A stretch of 64,000 nt of DNA, from NCBI GenBank assembly GCA_963737635.1, contig CAVTTL010000001.1:2304001-2368000 (forward strand), in the 5' to 3' direction. This document shows positions 45,814 through 56,560 of the stretch, one piece after another. This DNA is from an uncultured Methanoregulaceae archaeon. GTDB taxonomy: Archaea; Halobacteriota; Methanomicrobia; Methanomicrobiales; Methanospirillaceae. Both the position numbers and the translations under genes were made by a program. The notes beneath the pieces were generated by a model. That model saw nothing but the letters and a program-made list of their open reading frames with translations. It was not told where the DNA came from and ran no database searches. Positions within the stretch are counted from its first letter, which is position 1. Each line of letters opens with the position of its first letter.

Positions 45814-46308
45814 TTAATTCGTCTTCTCTTTCCTTTTCATCAGCACTGACTTGACTTCTTCCGGATGGCCTTTAGGAGAGACCTTTCGCCAGACATCGGT
45901 AATCACTCCTTCCGGGTTGATCAGGAATGTGTCCCTTGACGTACCCAGCATCTCTTTACCGAACAGCGTCATTGGTTTCCAGGAGTCATACGCAGTGAGT
46001 ACCGTATGATCGGGGTCGCTCAGGAGAAGGATGTTGAGACTATATTTATCGGCAAACTTCTGGTGGCTTTCCTGCGAATCGGTGCTTATGCCGATGACCT
46101 GTGCCCCCAAATCGACGAATTTCTCAAGTGCCGCATTGAACTGCATCGCTTCTATAGTGCACCCCGGGGTGTTGTCTCGGGGATAAAAATACAGTACCGC
46201 CCATTTTCCCCGGAAGGTATTCAGACAGAACGAAGTTCCCTGTGCATCCGGAAGACAGAAATCCGGAGCCGTTCTCCCGACAAATGGATCTTCTTTTGAT
46301 TCAGGCAT
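45814..46308 (-). CDS. bcp: Peroxiredoxin, Bcp/PrxQ type
   Basis: APDF.L, LYFYPRDNTPGCTIEA, LLSDPD, RDTFLI. Confidence 0.93.
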   Translation of the reverse strand: MPESKEDPFVGRTAPDFCLPDAQGTSFCLNTFRGKWAVLYFYPRDNTPGCTIEAMQFNAALEKFVDLGAQVIGISTDSQESHQKFADKYSLNILLLSDPDHTVLTAYDSWKPMTLFGKEMLGTSRDTFLINPEGVITDVWRKVSPKGHPEEVKSVLMKRKEKTN

Positions 46309-46349
46309 ACCAATCAAAAACATGATTGTTACCCATAATCTTAAAGATG

Positions 46350-46410
46350 CGTTTGATGCTCAGACGGTTGGTGATTCATACATCACTCCCTGCCGACACC
46401 GTGACAGAGT
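46350..46410. repeat. Degenerate copy of the element family
   Basis: Right arm CCGACACCGTGACAGAGT is nearly identical to the reverse complement of 56436-56453. Weak left arm TGATG..G.CGGTTG. Confidence 0.5.
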
Positions 46411-46422
46411 CCGTATGGGCAT

Positions 46423-46611
46423 TCAGGCATCCCTGCGGCTAAAAAGACCTATCCTTATCGAAAAATAACCCAATACCACCATAACAATTACGGCGATTGA
46501 GATGCCAGTGTAAAACGCGGCAAGCACAACACCTGCAATAATTAACACGATTCCGCCAGTCAAAAATTCAAAGCTTATTTTATCCTTATCTACCGTAATT
46601 CCCGCCACCAC
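46423..46611 (-). CDS. Small 2-TM membrane protein or fragment
   Basis: Two hydrophobic helices. Confidence 0.45.
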   Translation of the reverse strand: MVAGITVDKDKISFEFLTGGIVLIIAGVVLAAFYTGISIAVIVMVVLGYFSIRIGLFSRRDA

Positions 46612-46662
46612 AAACTCAGACAGTAATAATTAAAAATCTTATATAAAGTACGATAGTTTGAA

Positions 46663-46731
46663 GTTCTGAAGCGTCTCCCGCCACGCACCAGTGCTTTTCA
46701 AAATGCCCGATCTCCCGCCTGGCAAGAAATG
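46663..46731. repeat. Degenerate copy of the element family
   Basis: Left arm GTTCTGAAGCGTCTCCCG. Shares GCCAmGCACCAG with 45760. Confidence 0.45.
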
Positions 46732-46869
46732 ATTTTCGATATACCCGGCTTGACTTCCCACTATCAGAATGATAATCATTATAAATACTACATTAATTAT
46801 TCAACATATTTAGAGATTTTTTTGATCCGGTTCTGCCATTCGTTAAAAACGATAATCTATAAACACGAA

Positions 46870-46953
46870 GTTCTGTTGCGTCTTCGGTTGATTTGATAAA
46901 ATCAATGAGGTAAAAGAATTGAAGATCATCCATACTGCAACAACATTCAAAAT
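46870..46953. repeat. Copy of the element family
   Basis: GTTCTGTTGCGTCTTCGG-TTG...GAGGTAAAAGA...TACTGC. Interior matches the 54392 copy. Confidence 0.6.
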
Positions 46954-46971
46954 GCACTAAAAAAAAAGTCA

Positions 46972-47305
46972 ATTATTTTTGGATCAGTATGGTTCCCGAC
47001 ATGAGTGGCGTGGTCGGTCCTGCATTCTCCGGTGCACCCACCTAGTTATCATAGACCAAGGCATTCGTCGCCGTATTCCAGATTTGTATACGGAAGGTGT
47101 TTGGCACATTCTTACCTACTAACTTCCCTTCAGTAGTACTTACCAGGAACGTATAGCCACTTTTCCCGTCTACCGTACCGGTGCCTTCAAACCATGCAGT
47201 CGAACCATTTACTGCGAGCCACTGATAATTAGTTGAGAAGAAATTAAAGGCAGTGTCATTGAAGAAGAAGTCACTTACACCTTCAGGTGTGGATTTCCCA
47301 TTCAG
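46972..47305 (-). pseudogene. C-terminal beta-domain remnant of a surface/PKD-type protein
   Basis: NFFSTNYQWLAVNG..FEGTGTVDG..FRIQIWN..LVYDN*VGAPENAGPTTPLMSGTILIQK. No 5' part, internal TAG. Confidence 0.6.
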
Positions 47306-47839
47306 GTAATCTGCCGAGGACCGAACCGGATAACTTCGGCCGGGCAGAGACGGATACATCCGAAACAGAGCTCACAGTGATGTTGCCAGGCCGGCCTGCC
47401 ATCCATAAGTTCGATATTTTTGACCGGGCACATAGCTGCACAGATTCCGCATGATGTGCAATGGTCGTTGACACAGAAGATGCTGGTCTTCATGTTTTTA
47501 CATCACTCTTACCTATTTCTACATCCCGGCAACGCAACGGAACCGATAGTACTCACATGAGTTCTATCACGTAGTCAGCCCAGAGTCACAAGGCCAAAGA
47601 CGTACCGGGTTCCCGCGAAGCTGAGCCGTCGTGCACATTCTGCCACGGTCACCCGGGAGGCCCACATCATAGACCGGGCAGACAATCCCGACGCGTCCTG
47701 CCGGAGGGACAACGTCTCCGGTGGTATTCTTAAGCGGTGCAATGGGTACACAATCGCAGTTCCCCAGTTCTGTTGCCATCTTTTTTGCAGCGGCAAGCGA
47801 GTTGCCGGTACCGGTGAAATAGTAGACAACCGTCTTCAT
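47302..47839 (-). pseudogene. Disrupted EFR1-family flavodoxin/ferredoxin paralog
   Basis: MKTVVYYFTGTGNS N-part and CTSCGICAAMCP...CELCFGCIRLCP C-part. The middle is replaced by a short segment containing an element arm. Confidence 0.75.
47526..47544. repeat. Arm of the element family inside the disrupted EFR1 gene
   Basis: CCGGCAACGCAACGGAACC. Confidence 0.6.
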
Positions 47840-48642
47840 GGCCCGGGATTCTCCTTCCGGCGCATTAGTTCCGCAATGCTGACTGCCGGGTTCCGGTACC
47901 GCGGCCGTATTGTGGTCCGGGGACCGCCTTGGATCGCTTTTACCGGGCAGATGTGGATACACCCAACACAGAGCTCGCAGTGATGTTTCCAGACCGGCCT
48001 GCCTTCTATAAGTTCGATATTCTCTACTGGGCAGATGGCTGCACATATCCCGCATGATGTGCAGGTATCATCGACCGTGAAGTTCCGGTCATCATTATGG
48101 ACACGAGATACGAACCCGGGATGCCTAAGAGAGTAGATCAGTTGTACCGTGAGATGATACGGCAATTTCCGGTTCTCACGACGACCAACCATCCCCATGA
48201 TATCGGTGAGCTGTTTATCGGCTTTTGCGAGAATCTGCTCCCGCTTTTGTCCTACCTGGACACTGTGCATCAGGATGTTATTGCGGGGCATATTTACTAC
48301 AAATCCTGCATCCAATCCACGGTTCTTTCGCTTCTTAAGAATGCTGTTGAGCTGCTGCAATGCTGACGATCCTCCCAGTGCATATTGTGTGGCAACAGAG
48401 AACGTATACTGCGAATGTGAGAGATCGAGGCGTCCGGCAAACGAGGCCACAATTACCGGCAGACCCTCAGAATACACCGGGTAAACAATCCCGATCCGGC
48501 CTGCCCGCGGCGTTATATCCCCGGTCGTATTCCTCAGCGATGCAATCGGTACCAGTTCGCAATCCTCAAGACCGGTAGCGATCTTTTTTGCGGCGGCAAG
48601 CGAGTTGCCGGTGCCGGTGAAATAGTAGATAACCGTCTTCAT
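47836..48642 (-). CDS. EFR1-family flavodoxin-ferredoxin
   Basis: YFTGTGNS flavodoxin loop and two CxxCxxCxxxCP motifs. Confidence 0.92.
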   Translation of the reverse strand: MKTVIYYFTGTGNSLAAAKKIATGLEDCELVPIASLRNTTGDITPRAGRIGIVYPVYSEGLPVIVASFAGRLDLSHSQYTFSVATQYALGGSSALQQLNSILKKRKNRGLDAGFVVNMPRNNILMHSVQVGQKREQILAKADKQLTDIMGMVGRRENRKLPYHLTVQLIYSLRHPGFVSRVHNDDRNFTVDDTCTSCGICAAICPVENIELIEGRPVWKHHCELCVGCIHICPVKAIQGGPRTTIRPRYRNPAVSIAELMRRKENPGP

Positions 48643-48648
48643 GATCCT

Positions 48649-49908
48649 TTACACCGCTTCTACCGTGATCGAGCCAACGCCCTGCTTGATCCGGCACGTG
48701 ATGGTGGGGGCATCAGGGCGTGCTGAACTGGTGGTATAAACGTTCCCGTTTACCACAAAGCCCCGCACATTCGTGGCTCCGATTCCCCCGTGGATCTCTA
48801 CACTCAAACGGGCGTCTTTTGGCAGGCGTAGCGTCAGTTCCCCCACGCCGTTTTTGATGGTGGCGTCGAAACTCCCGCCGTGGTACCCGCTAAGGTCGAT
48901 CCATGTATCACCGACGCCATTTTTGATCACGAGAGAAGAGAGGTTGAGCTCCCCAAGGGCAAGAAGGGTCCGGCCGGCATGGTTTTTTACTTCAATGGCG
49001 ACCGGGACATCCCGACTTACCCGGACATCCCCGGTATATGCCGATTCGTCCGCGGGCCAATCGTCTGCGCACCACCAGGAAAAATGCCGGTTCCGGATCC
49101 AGACCCGTTTTGTCGCGCCGTCCATCGAAGATGAGTACGTGAGCGGACCCATACAGCCTAAGGAGCCGCTCGTCATGCTCACGAGAGCCTGGCCGTCGGT
49201 CATGCTGCCGAGGTTCAGCTCACCGGCGCCCATGCGTACCTGGAGATCGAGTGCGGCTGCACCGTCCCTGCCGATTGCAAACGTCTGGGGAAATTCCTGC
49301 TGCGACGGGAAGAGCCCGGCATCTTTTTTTGCCGGGAGTTTTCCCTTGAGGTGCCGGATGGTGAGGCGGCCAAAGAAATGCGCAAGCCACACGTCTGCGA
49401 CAAGGATGATGATCCCTGCAATAACGATCCCAAGGGAGACGAGCACCCCTGGTGCCGAGGAGAAGTGCAAGGGGTGCCAGGGAAGGGTGAGCGCAATTCC
49501 CAGCAGTTTTAAGACTGCGAGGAGCAGCAGGACCGCCCCCCCGCAAATCATGGAAAGGCCGGCGATAAAGACCAGGCCGAAGACGACCGCAAAGAGGATG
49601 AACGGCACGATCACAACGGCGAAGTTGAGGCCGTGAAGCCGGGTTGTGGCCCGGGTTGCCTGCCAGATCGTGCCGGCACTCTTGGTCTGCTCAGCCTTGT
49701 GAATCAGGTACGCCGCCCGCATTTCCTTTGCCACGTCCTCTGGCGATCCCAGCGCCCGGCAGAGTTCTTCTTCGGTCCGGCCCCGGGACTTCCCGATGGC
49801 AAAATGCCCGGCATATTCTTCCAGGATCTCATCGAGGTCCTCGCTGGTGACATACCCGGTAAGCCGGTCCCTGAGTGTGTCCAGGTATTCTTTTTCAGTC
49901 TGCACCAT
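48649..49908 (-). CDS. DUF1700/HAAS membrane protein fused to a LiaF/toast-rack-like beta-solenoid
   Basis: EYAGHF..G...EEE....[12 protein letters not shown] helices, repeated GAGEL/GVGDT/GVGEL/GIGAT. Confidence 0.85.
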   Translation of the reverse strand: MVQTEKEYLDTLRDRLTGYVTSEDLDEILEEYAGHFAIGKSRGRTEEELCRALGSPEDVAKEMRAAYLIHKAEQTKSAGTIWQATRATTRLHGLNFAVVIVPFILFAVVFGLVFIAGLSMICGGAVLLLLAVLKLLGIALTLPWHPLHFSSAPGVLVSLGIVIAGIIILVADVWLAHFFGRLTIRHLKGKLPAKKDAGLFPSQQEFPQTFAIGRDGAAALDLQVRMGAGELNLGSMTDGQALVSMTSGSLGCMGPLTYSSSMDGATKRVWIRNRHFSWWCADDWPADESAYTGDVRVSRDVPVAIEVKNHAGRTLLALGELNLSSLVIKNGVGDTWIDLSGYHGGSFDATIKNGVGELTLRLPKDARLSVEIHGGIGATNVRGFVVNGNVYTTSSARPDAPTITCRIKQGVGSITVEAV

Positions 49909-50221
49909 GTGGTTCACCTTCCAGAAGCGCTTTGACGGATGCCGCAAAATGGATCCATTCATCGCGCTGTTCTTGTTCCTTTGTCTTTCCTGCATCGGTT
50001 AACCGGTAATATTTCCGTGGGGGGCCTTCACCGGATTCCTGCAGGTAGGTGGTTACCAATCCTTCGTCTTTGAGCCGGTGGAGCAGGGGGTAGATGGTAC
50101 CTTCTGCAATGTCGATCTTTTTTGAGATCTCGTCCACGAGCTCGTACCCGTAACAGTCTTTTCTGGCAAGCACGCAGAGGACGCAGATCTCGAGCACTCC
50201 TTTTTTGAACTGGATATTCAT
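49895..50221 (-). CDS. PadR-family transcriptional regulator
   Basis: [34 protein letters not shown]. Confidence 0.95.
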   Translation of the reverse strand: MNIQFKKGVLEICVLCVLARKDCYGYELVDEISKKIDIAEGTIYPLLHRLKDEGLVTTYLQESGEGPPRKYYRLTDAGKTKEQEQRDEWIHFAASVKALLEGEPHGAD

Positions 50222-50287
50222 GGCATCCCCGTTATCATTTCATACACCCGGGCCGATGAGCGGCCGTCGCAATGAGTTGCGTAACAC

Positions 50288-50310
50288 TGTATCTTGCATT
50301 GTAAGATACA
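50288..50310. promoter_or_regulatory. Palindrome upstream of padR, candidate autoregulatory operator
   Basis: TGTATCTTGCA-T-TGTAAGATACA (11-bp arms, 1 mismatch). Confidence 0.6.
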
Positions 50311-50510
50311 TGTTAGTGTTTGGATGAGAGGTATATTAAAGCATCGGAGAACGGCGCTTTTCACCTGAACCCCCTTTTTGCATCTCACGGAGATCACTCG
50401 TTCCTTTAAGAGGAGCTAAAAAACGAGGCACCATTTTTGAGGCCTCATGTCGTTTTTAGCACTGCACAATTACGACTATTTTATCATCGAAGGATAATTC
50501 AGAGGCTATC

Positions 50511-51350
50511 ATGCAAATGGTCATTTCAGAAGACGGTACACAGATCGTTTTTGATAAAATAGGTAAAGGCCCCGTCCTTATACTGGTCGCCGGTGCGTTC
50601 CAATACAGGGCAATTGACGAGCGGACGAAACGACTTGCCGGGCTTCTCGGAAAACACTTCACGGTGTATAACTATGATCGCCGGGGAAGAGGAGACAGTA
50701 CTGACACCCGGCCATATGCCGTAGAACGGGAGATTGAAGACCTTAATGCCCTCATCAAAGATGCTGGTAGATCGGTATATGTATTTGGCATGTCGTCAGG
50801 AGCCGTTCTTGCTCTCCATTCAGCCGCACGAGGTCTTGATATTACTAAACTGGCGGTGTATGAGCCGCCGTTCAACTCCGGGGATAAGGACGCCCGCCAG
50901 GCAGCGGAACGCTATACACAACAGTTGATCCTTCTGCTGTCAGAGGGCCGCCGGAGCGAGGCCGTTGAACTGGCACGGACGAGCTTTGGGGCGCCTCCCC
51001 ACGTGATCGCCGGGATGAAACAGACCCCCGTGTGGTCACTGTTTGAGGCTGTTGCACCGACGCTTGCGTATGATAATGAGATCATGGGTGATGGTTCCTT
51101 ACCGGAAAAACTGGTTGCGTCGGTGACGATGCCCCTCCTTGTCATAGACGGGGGAGCCAGCCCTCCCTTCATGCGTAATGCCGCAAAAGCAGTGAGTGAG
51201 ACAGCTCCCCGGGCGCAGTATCGTACCCTGGAAGGCCAGACTCACGAATATGATCCGGATGTCCTAGCCCCCGTGCTTATTGGGTTTTTTTTCTTCCTGA
51301 AAACAACGCATGTATGCTTCCCGGAAACCCTTTCACTCATCTTAAGCTGA
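50511..51350 (+). CDS. Alpha/beta hydrolase
   Basis: YDRRGRGDS, GMSSG nucleophile elbow, YEPP, GQTH. The 3' end may be shifted in a T-run. Confidence 0.9.
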   Translation: MQMVISEDGTQIVFDKIGKGPVLILVAGAFQYRAIDERTKRLAGLLGKHFTVYNYDRRGRGDSTDTRPYAVEREIEDLNALIKDAGRSVYVFGMSSGAVLALHSAARGLDITKLAVYEPPFNSGDKDARQAAERYTQQLILLLSEGRRSEAVELARTSFGAPPHVIAGMKQTPVWSLFEAVAPTLAYDNEIMGDGSLPEKLVASVTMPLLVIDGGASPPFMRNAAKAVSETAPRAQYRTLEGQTHEYDPDVLAPVLIGFFFFLKTTHVCFPETLSLILS

Positions 51351-51490
51351 CCCGGAATATGAGTGAATTCCCCTTTTCAGCGAGATGGTTTAGCGGCCTA
51401 CTACCCAGTCCCATGGTCTCCTTACCTGACGGACTGATCCGGGTGATGCATACGGTAGGTTATCCCGGGAAACGCAAACGATACGGTTGT

Positions 51491-51940
51491 TCACCGGGCA
51501 TGCTCGTCATACCACGCCCGGATCTGGTCCTGGAGCGCTGCGTTAGTCTTCTCAAGTTCTGCATAGACCTTCTTTATCGCATCCGTAACCGGGGCCGGTA
51601 ATTGTGCGAAGACGGCGTCCGGTGCCAGGTCCGTGTGGACCCGTAGTTTTCCCGTGTCGTCCCTGGTAACGCAGACCTCAAATGAACAGACCCGGTCGAG
51701 AGAATCCACAGGTTTGTCTGCTGCAGCTTCGGTAATTTTGAGCGCCACCTCAATGGATTTTTTATTGTTGTCATTGTCGACTTTTAACCGGACAATGGGA
51801 AAATGGGGTACGGCATTGACAAAGAAAGCATCCTTTTCCTTGTTCACGAAGATCGAATAGTTAAACACCTCAAGCTTTTGTGAGGCGATGAGGTAATCCA
51901 CAAAACTTTTGATGAGATCTGACTGCTTATTGTCGCTCAT
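51491..51940 (-). CDS. Hypothetical protein
   Basis: 149-aa ORF from ATG 51940 with a C-terminal coiled helix. Confidence 0.65.
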   Translation of the reverse strand: MSDNKQSDLIKSFVDYLIASQKLEVFNYSIFVNKEKDAFFVNAVPHFPIVRLKVDNDNNKKSIEVALKITEAAADKPVDSLDRVCSFEVCVTRDDTGKLRVHTDLAPDAVFAQLPAPVTDAIKKVYAELEKTNAALQDQIRAWYDEHAR

Positions 51941-52202
51941 ACATTCCACCCGGATGACTATTCCTCTGTACAGGTTCTTGTTGCTCTCCTTATACATTAA
52001 ATTCCCGGTTCTTTCCCGCGGGACGATCCTTTCGGGTGCCGGTCCGGATGGTTCTGATTCGACAGCGGGATTTTTTTCAAATCCGGTGTTTTCTACGAAA
52101 AACACATCCACTGACTACTTCTCTTTGACTGCATTCCCCCTCCGGTAGATCTATCCGAGATCTTTTGTAGCTGGACGGAAAGAATGCCTATCCGGTGCAG
52201 TC

Positions 52203-52589
52203 ATGAAAGACGAACGTGAAAGAAACAGGAAGATGGTAGAGGAGTTCTACCATCTTTCCTTAAATCGTGGGAGGCCAGAAGAGGCCGCCGAAAAGTGCCT
52301 GGGACCGTACTACCGGCAGCACAATCCCGGGGCAGCGGATGGCGCAGAGGCTTTCATTGGATTTGTCCGGGGGTTCCGACAGGCATTTCCCCATCTCCGG
52401 TTTGATTTCCGGCGGTTCATCGCCCAAGACGACCTGGTGGTAGTCCACAGTCACCTGGTGAGGGAGCCCGGGGACCGGGGCGTTGCCGTCATGGATATCT
52501 TCCGGATCGAGAACGACCGGATAGTCGAGCACTGGGATGTCCTGCAAGATGTCCCGGAAACGGCGGCCAACAGCAACACCATGTTTTAA
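52203..52589 (+). CDS. SnoaL/NTF2-like protein
   Basis: YRQHNP..ADG, DLVVVH, DIFRIEN..IVEHWDV. Confidence 0.9.
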   Translation: MKDERERNRKMVEEFYHLSLNRGRPEEAAEKCLGPYYRQHNPGAADGAEAFIGFVRGFRQAFPHLRFDFRRFIAQDDLVVVHSHLVREPGDRGVAVMDIFRIENDRIVEHWDVLQDVPETAANSNTMF

Positions 52590-52674
52590 GGATCGGATTT
52601 GCCTCTCCGTCCCCGGTAAATCATATCAACTCACCGGAAAATTCGAAGATGCAGATCTTTTTTTTTATTCTATG

Positions 52675-52765
52675 GTTCTTCTGGACCGTATTTTTTCCTT
52701 GAATTCCCATGATTACTAAATCATTTCGGAGAAAAATCCTCATCAACCGCAAATGCATCAGAACC
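52675..52765. repeat. Copy of the element family (right arm clear, left arm degenerate)
   Basis: CAA-CCGCAAATGCATCAGAACC at 52744-52765. Confidence 0.5.
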
Positions 52766-52834
52766 AATCCTAACATGGTGGAAAAAAGAGGATATTACCC
52801 ACCGGTAATCTCTGCTCCCTTAAAACTCGTGGCG

Positions 52835-54278
52835 TCATTGTCCAGCACCGGACACCGGGGTGATTGCCGGTGGCTGCCAGCCCGTGCCATTGAGGATGCC
52901 TGGGATCGCGGCCGGCTGGGGAGCCAGGAGCCGCCAGGTAATCTCGAATCCCTGTCCGCTCGCGGTCGGCAGCCAGTTGCCGGCCAGAGCCGGGTCCGAA
53001 GGCTGCGTGGCCTGCAGATAGATATCCACTGAGCCGTCGGCGTTGTGTGCGAGCTGCGACGTGTCGCTGATCGCGAACCGGTTGATCGGATTGGGGATCA
53101 GTGCCCCCTTCAGGTTGTAGACGGTAAGCGACCAGCCCTCGGTCACCGGCGGAGCAGACGCCATGTGCACGACGTAGCTGGTCGATCCGTTAAGCGGCTC
53201 TTTGTTATGATCTGCCCAGCTCATGGCAAAAATCGTCTGGTCGGAGGTAACGGCACCAAGGCCAACCTGAGTTACGACCGCACGCAGCGGGTAGTTGGTT
53301 CCGTACTGCCCAAAGCCTCCCAGGAAATAGCCGTTGTGCTGGTCGAAGCTCGCAAGAAACAGGGTCTGGGTGTCGTTCCTGATCTGCGCAGGGCCGGCGG
53401 CCACGGCGTCTTCAAGACCCCTGATAGTATCTTTGCTCAGGTGCACGTTCTGCGAGGGTGCCATGCCGGGTCCGATCCCAACCTCCGCGAACTTTTGAAG
53501 CTCGGGCTGGTCGGCTGCCGGCGGTGGGAACAGCTGCGAGCTGTTGTCCGAGCATATCGTAGAATTCAAGCCCGGTGGGAAGCGGATAGTTCTGGACGGT
53601 CGTAGTGGGATTTGTCACGTTCTTCGGGCGGTAGTTCGTCCCGTACTGGCTCAATGGCGTCAGGGTGTAGTTATCCTGGATAAGGTTGACATTTGTAAGG
53701 TCGCTACTCCCTTTCAGCTGGGTCGATCCTATTATCCAGATGCGGTTGTAGTCGACATCGATACGCTGGGTTCCCGCCGGGATGGGCACATTATACTCGT
53801 CGGGCCCGGCGATGACGTAATCGCCCGGCGGGGTATCGTGGACGCTGCCGAGGTTCATAAGGTCGTTGGTGTAGGGGTCGACGAGGGCGAGGACGAAGAA
53901 GTGGTCGGTCACCTCCGGCACATGGAGGACTTGCGGCTCTGTGCTCAGATCGAGCCATGCGATCGACGAGAGCCCGGTCGAGCCCGGCGCGACAACCACC
54001 GTGCTTCCCGGGTTGTTGAGGGAGCGCACGTTGTTGAACTGGTTGACCGGGCCGAACGCACCGTTCGAGACATCGATGCTGGTCATGGTCTCAAACGTCG
54101 TGTTGGTCTCAAGCAGTGGCAGGCCGTACGTGTAGGCTTCCAGCCCGATCTCGTAGCCCTTGGTGTAATCGGCTTGTGAAACGGCCGACACGTAAGCCGT
54201 TATGAGCAATGAAGCCGCTATCAGCACTATCGCCGCACAGATAACGACGAGCGCACGTTTTCGCGTAATCGCATCCAT
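52835..54278 (-). CDS. DUF1254/DUF1214 exported protein (frameshift near 53550)
   Basis: YTYGLPL, WLDLSTEP, YGTNYPLRA, WSLTVY, DGSVDIYL, NWLP. GC-richer than its flanks. Confidence 0.85.
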
Positions 54279-54391
54279 ACCTGAAAAGAGACATTTTGCC
54301 ATTTTCAACGTGTATGCTTTTGAGAGTTTATCTCATTAACGTTTGTATTCGGTTTTTACCGGTATAGTATCCCGAAAAAACATTATAATTT

Positions 54392-54469
54392 GGTCCTGAT
54401 GAGCTGGCGGTTGTTTTGAATTTTTGCCGAGGTAAAAGATCAGTGATCTACTGCGAACGTATCAGGACC
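54392..54469. repeat. Complete ~78-bp inverted-arm element
   Basis: GGTCCTGATGAGCTGGCGG, 40-bp spacer, CTGCGAACGTATCAGGACC. Confidence 0.7.
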
Positions 54470-54493
54470 TCAAGAGCGATGGTCCCCGTATTT

Positions 54494-55417
54494 TCAATCC
54501 ATATATTTCTTAAACCATGCAAGCATTTTGGTCGGACTTTTTGAAAAATACGTATAACCATCCCAACGTCTGGTTGTTCCCATAATCCAGAACAGGTCTT
54601 TGTCTTTGATCGGGAGGTTATCGAACATCGTTTGCACATCGCTTGGTCGTGTCAGCACATCATCGTGTACCTGATACAGGAACGTAGGAACGGGGACGTT
54701 CTTTGCGGCGTTGATTGGCGACATCTCATCCAACCTGAAGCTTGTAACCAGCCTAACCGCTCGATCGAGATCTCCGAACCGTGAGGAGGGAACGCCAGCA
54801 AGTTCAAGAATCCTCTCCAGAATAACTCGTGAAGAAACGGGCTGTGCGCCAACTAAACACCTTACCCCGGTGAAGACCTCAGGCCTGCGGGTCATAGCGT
54901 GAATGGTGGCGTTACACCCAAGGCAGCGACTGAAGAGACCGATGGTCATACCTTTGAGGTCTTGTCGTGTCCTTGCGTAAAGAATGGAGCCAACGACGTC
55001 GCGCGATTCGAATATCCCACCGGTGCACAGGCTCCCGTTACCATCGCCGCTGTGACCAAAATTCCTGAGATCGTACGTTAAAACGTTGTAGCCCGCCTCA
55101 TGCAGAATCCTATAGTCGGGAATCAGGTTGACCTCAAAGTCATTACCTCCAGCTGCGAACATTGATCTCCAAGGTTCGATATGTGACGGAAATCCGTACC
55201 GATTGAAGTAGCGCGGGTGATTTACGATGATGAGCTTATCTGAGCCGTTTCGAGGGATGACCCAGGCTTCCAGTGGCACCCCATCCTCAGAGGAGAATGT
55301 CACGTTTTCGTACTCAAGATTCTCATCGGCAGGCGTCCCGAGAATCGGTGCCCTGGGTTGCAGCCTGAAGCCATTCGCGACGTTTTGAATTAATCGTGTG
55401 CTTTCCTCATCATTCAT
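54494..55417 (-). CDS. Alpha/beta hydrolase (Cys at the nucleophile position)
   Basis: EDGVPLEAW, YDLRNFGHS, FSRCLG, RRWDGY. Confidence 0.85.
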   Translation of the reverse strand: MNDEESTRLIQNVANGFRLQPRAPILGTPADENLEYENVTFSSEDGVPLEAWVIPRNGSDKLIIVNHPRYFNRYGFPSHIEPWRSMFAAGGNDFEVNLIPDYRILHEAGYNVLTYDLRNFGHSGDGNGSLCTGGIFESRDVVGSILYARTRQDLKGMTIGLFSRCLGCNATIHAMTRRPEVFTGVRCLVGAQPVSSRVILERILELAGVPSSRFGDLDRAVRLVTSFRLDEMSPINAAKNVPVPTFLYQVHDDVLTRPSDVQTMFDNLPIKDKDLFWIMGTTRRWDGYTYFSKSPTKMLAWFKKYMD

Positions 55418-55494
55418 TGGTGGGTGGTGGGTACGCAACTAAAATCACCTTTCCTTTCCGATGAGGCCCCTGTCAGCAAAAGTCCGAGGCCATA

Positions 55495-56298
55495 CTAGAA
55501 TTTGCCGTTGTGATTATTCCACTGATCCCGAGGGGGAATGGTCTCGATGACATCCCAGTGCTCGGCGATTTTGCTGTTTTCGAGCCTGAAAAGATCGTAG
55601 TAGGTGACGGGTTTGCCGGAAATAGAACCGCCGGCGACGACAAGAACGAAGTTACCCTGTCCGAGAATCATGAAAATCTTATCGACATTCATGTCCATCC
55701 CTTGTTTCGCCAACTGCTGCATCATTGTAGTCAATGCCGAAAGTCCATCACCGCCCCGGGCGTCGTGCCGGATGTACTTATCGCCATCGAAATACTGAGG
55801 CATCTTGTCAGACTGGCCCTTGAGGAAGATAGTCTCGTAGAACTCTTTGATCAGTGCCTTGTTTTTCTCGGTATCTTTGAGGTCTGTTGCTTTTGTCGGA
55901 CCATCGGTCGGCGTATGTCCACTCTGGTTTGGGGGCGTCCAATCAGTTTGATTGTCCCAGTGCTCGACGATGTGGCCATTCTCGAATCTGTAGATGTCGA
56001 AAAAGACTTTCTTCCCGAACAAGTCTCCTTCTGAATGGGTAAAGACGTAGGATCCATCCTGAAATGCGCGGACGACCTTCAGGGGACTTTTCTCCTTGGG
56101 AAGGTGGCTGATAAATCCTTCAACTCCCTGCACCCCGTCATAAGCCATTGGGCTATGATTTTTGAAGTTCTGGCGATTGATGTATGTGGTCGCCAGAGCT
56201 GGGTCTCTGTTTCCGATTCCTTCAGACACGGTCATGGCCTTTTCGATTTCAGTAATAATGAGACTCGTACCATTTCCTCCTTGGGCTTTACCGATCAA
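55495..56298 (-). CDS. Tandem SnoaL/NTF2-like protein (start uncertain)
   Basis: Two D(I/L)(Y/F)R.EN..I.EHWD modules. Confidence 0.88.
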   Translation of the reverse strand: MIGKAQGGNGTSLIITEIEKAMTVSEGIGNRDPALATTYINRQNFKNHSPMAYDGVQGVEGFISHLPKEKSPLKVVRAFQDGSYVFTHSEGDLFGKKVFFDIYRFENGHIVEHWDNQTDWTPPNQSGHTPTDGPTKATDLKDTEKNKALIKEFYETIFLKGQSDKMPQYFDGDKYIRHDARGGDGLSALTTMMQQLAKQGMDMNVDKIFMILGQGNFVLVVAGGSISGKPVTYYDLFRLENSKIAEHWDVIETIPPRDQWNNHNGKF

Positions 56299-56299
56299 A

Positions 56300-56363
56300 G
56301 TGTGGTCCTGAAGACCGATTCCTTTGTTGGCCCCGGTTGCCGAGGCGAGGGTTTATTCTGCAT
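56300..56363 (-). pseudogene. 5' remnant of a short-chain dehydrogenase
   Basis: AGGAGG SD, MQNKP, then shifted ASATGANKGIGLQ (TGxxxGIG). The rest is missing. Confidence 0.55.
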
Positions 56364-56434
56364 GGTTATCCCCTTTGTTCCTCCTGAATATTGATAAATG
56401 AACGTAATGGTACGATCTTTAGATTTCATCTGGA

Positions 56435-56513
56435 AGTTCTGTCACGTTGTCGGCAGTTCTGAACATCACCACTCCGAAGATAATTGACACCATGCCAAAG
56501 ACGTTACAGAACC
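56435..56513. repeat. Complete ~78-bp inverted-arm element
   Basis: GTTCTGTCACGTTGTCGGCA...TGCCAAAGACGTTACAGAAC, with a 41-bp spacer between the 18-bp cores. Confidence 0.72.
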
Positions 56514-56560
56514 TGTAAGGAAAACATATATAATGTCAACCCGCATAAGTTGTCTTATCG

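Noticed and set aside
50415-50460. GCTAAAAAACGA...TCGTTTTTAGC hairpin as a mobile element
   Set aside because: Single short copy, unrelated to the element family, with no target duplication.
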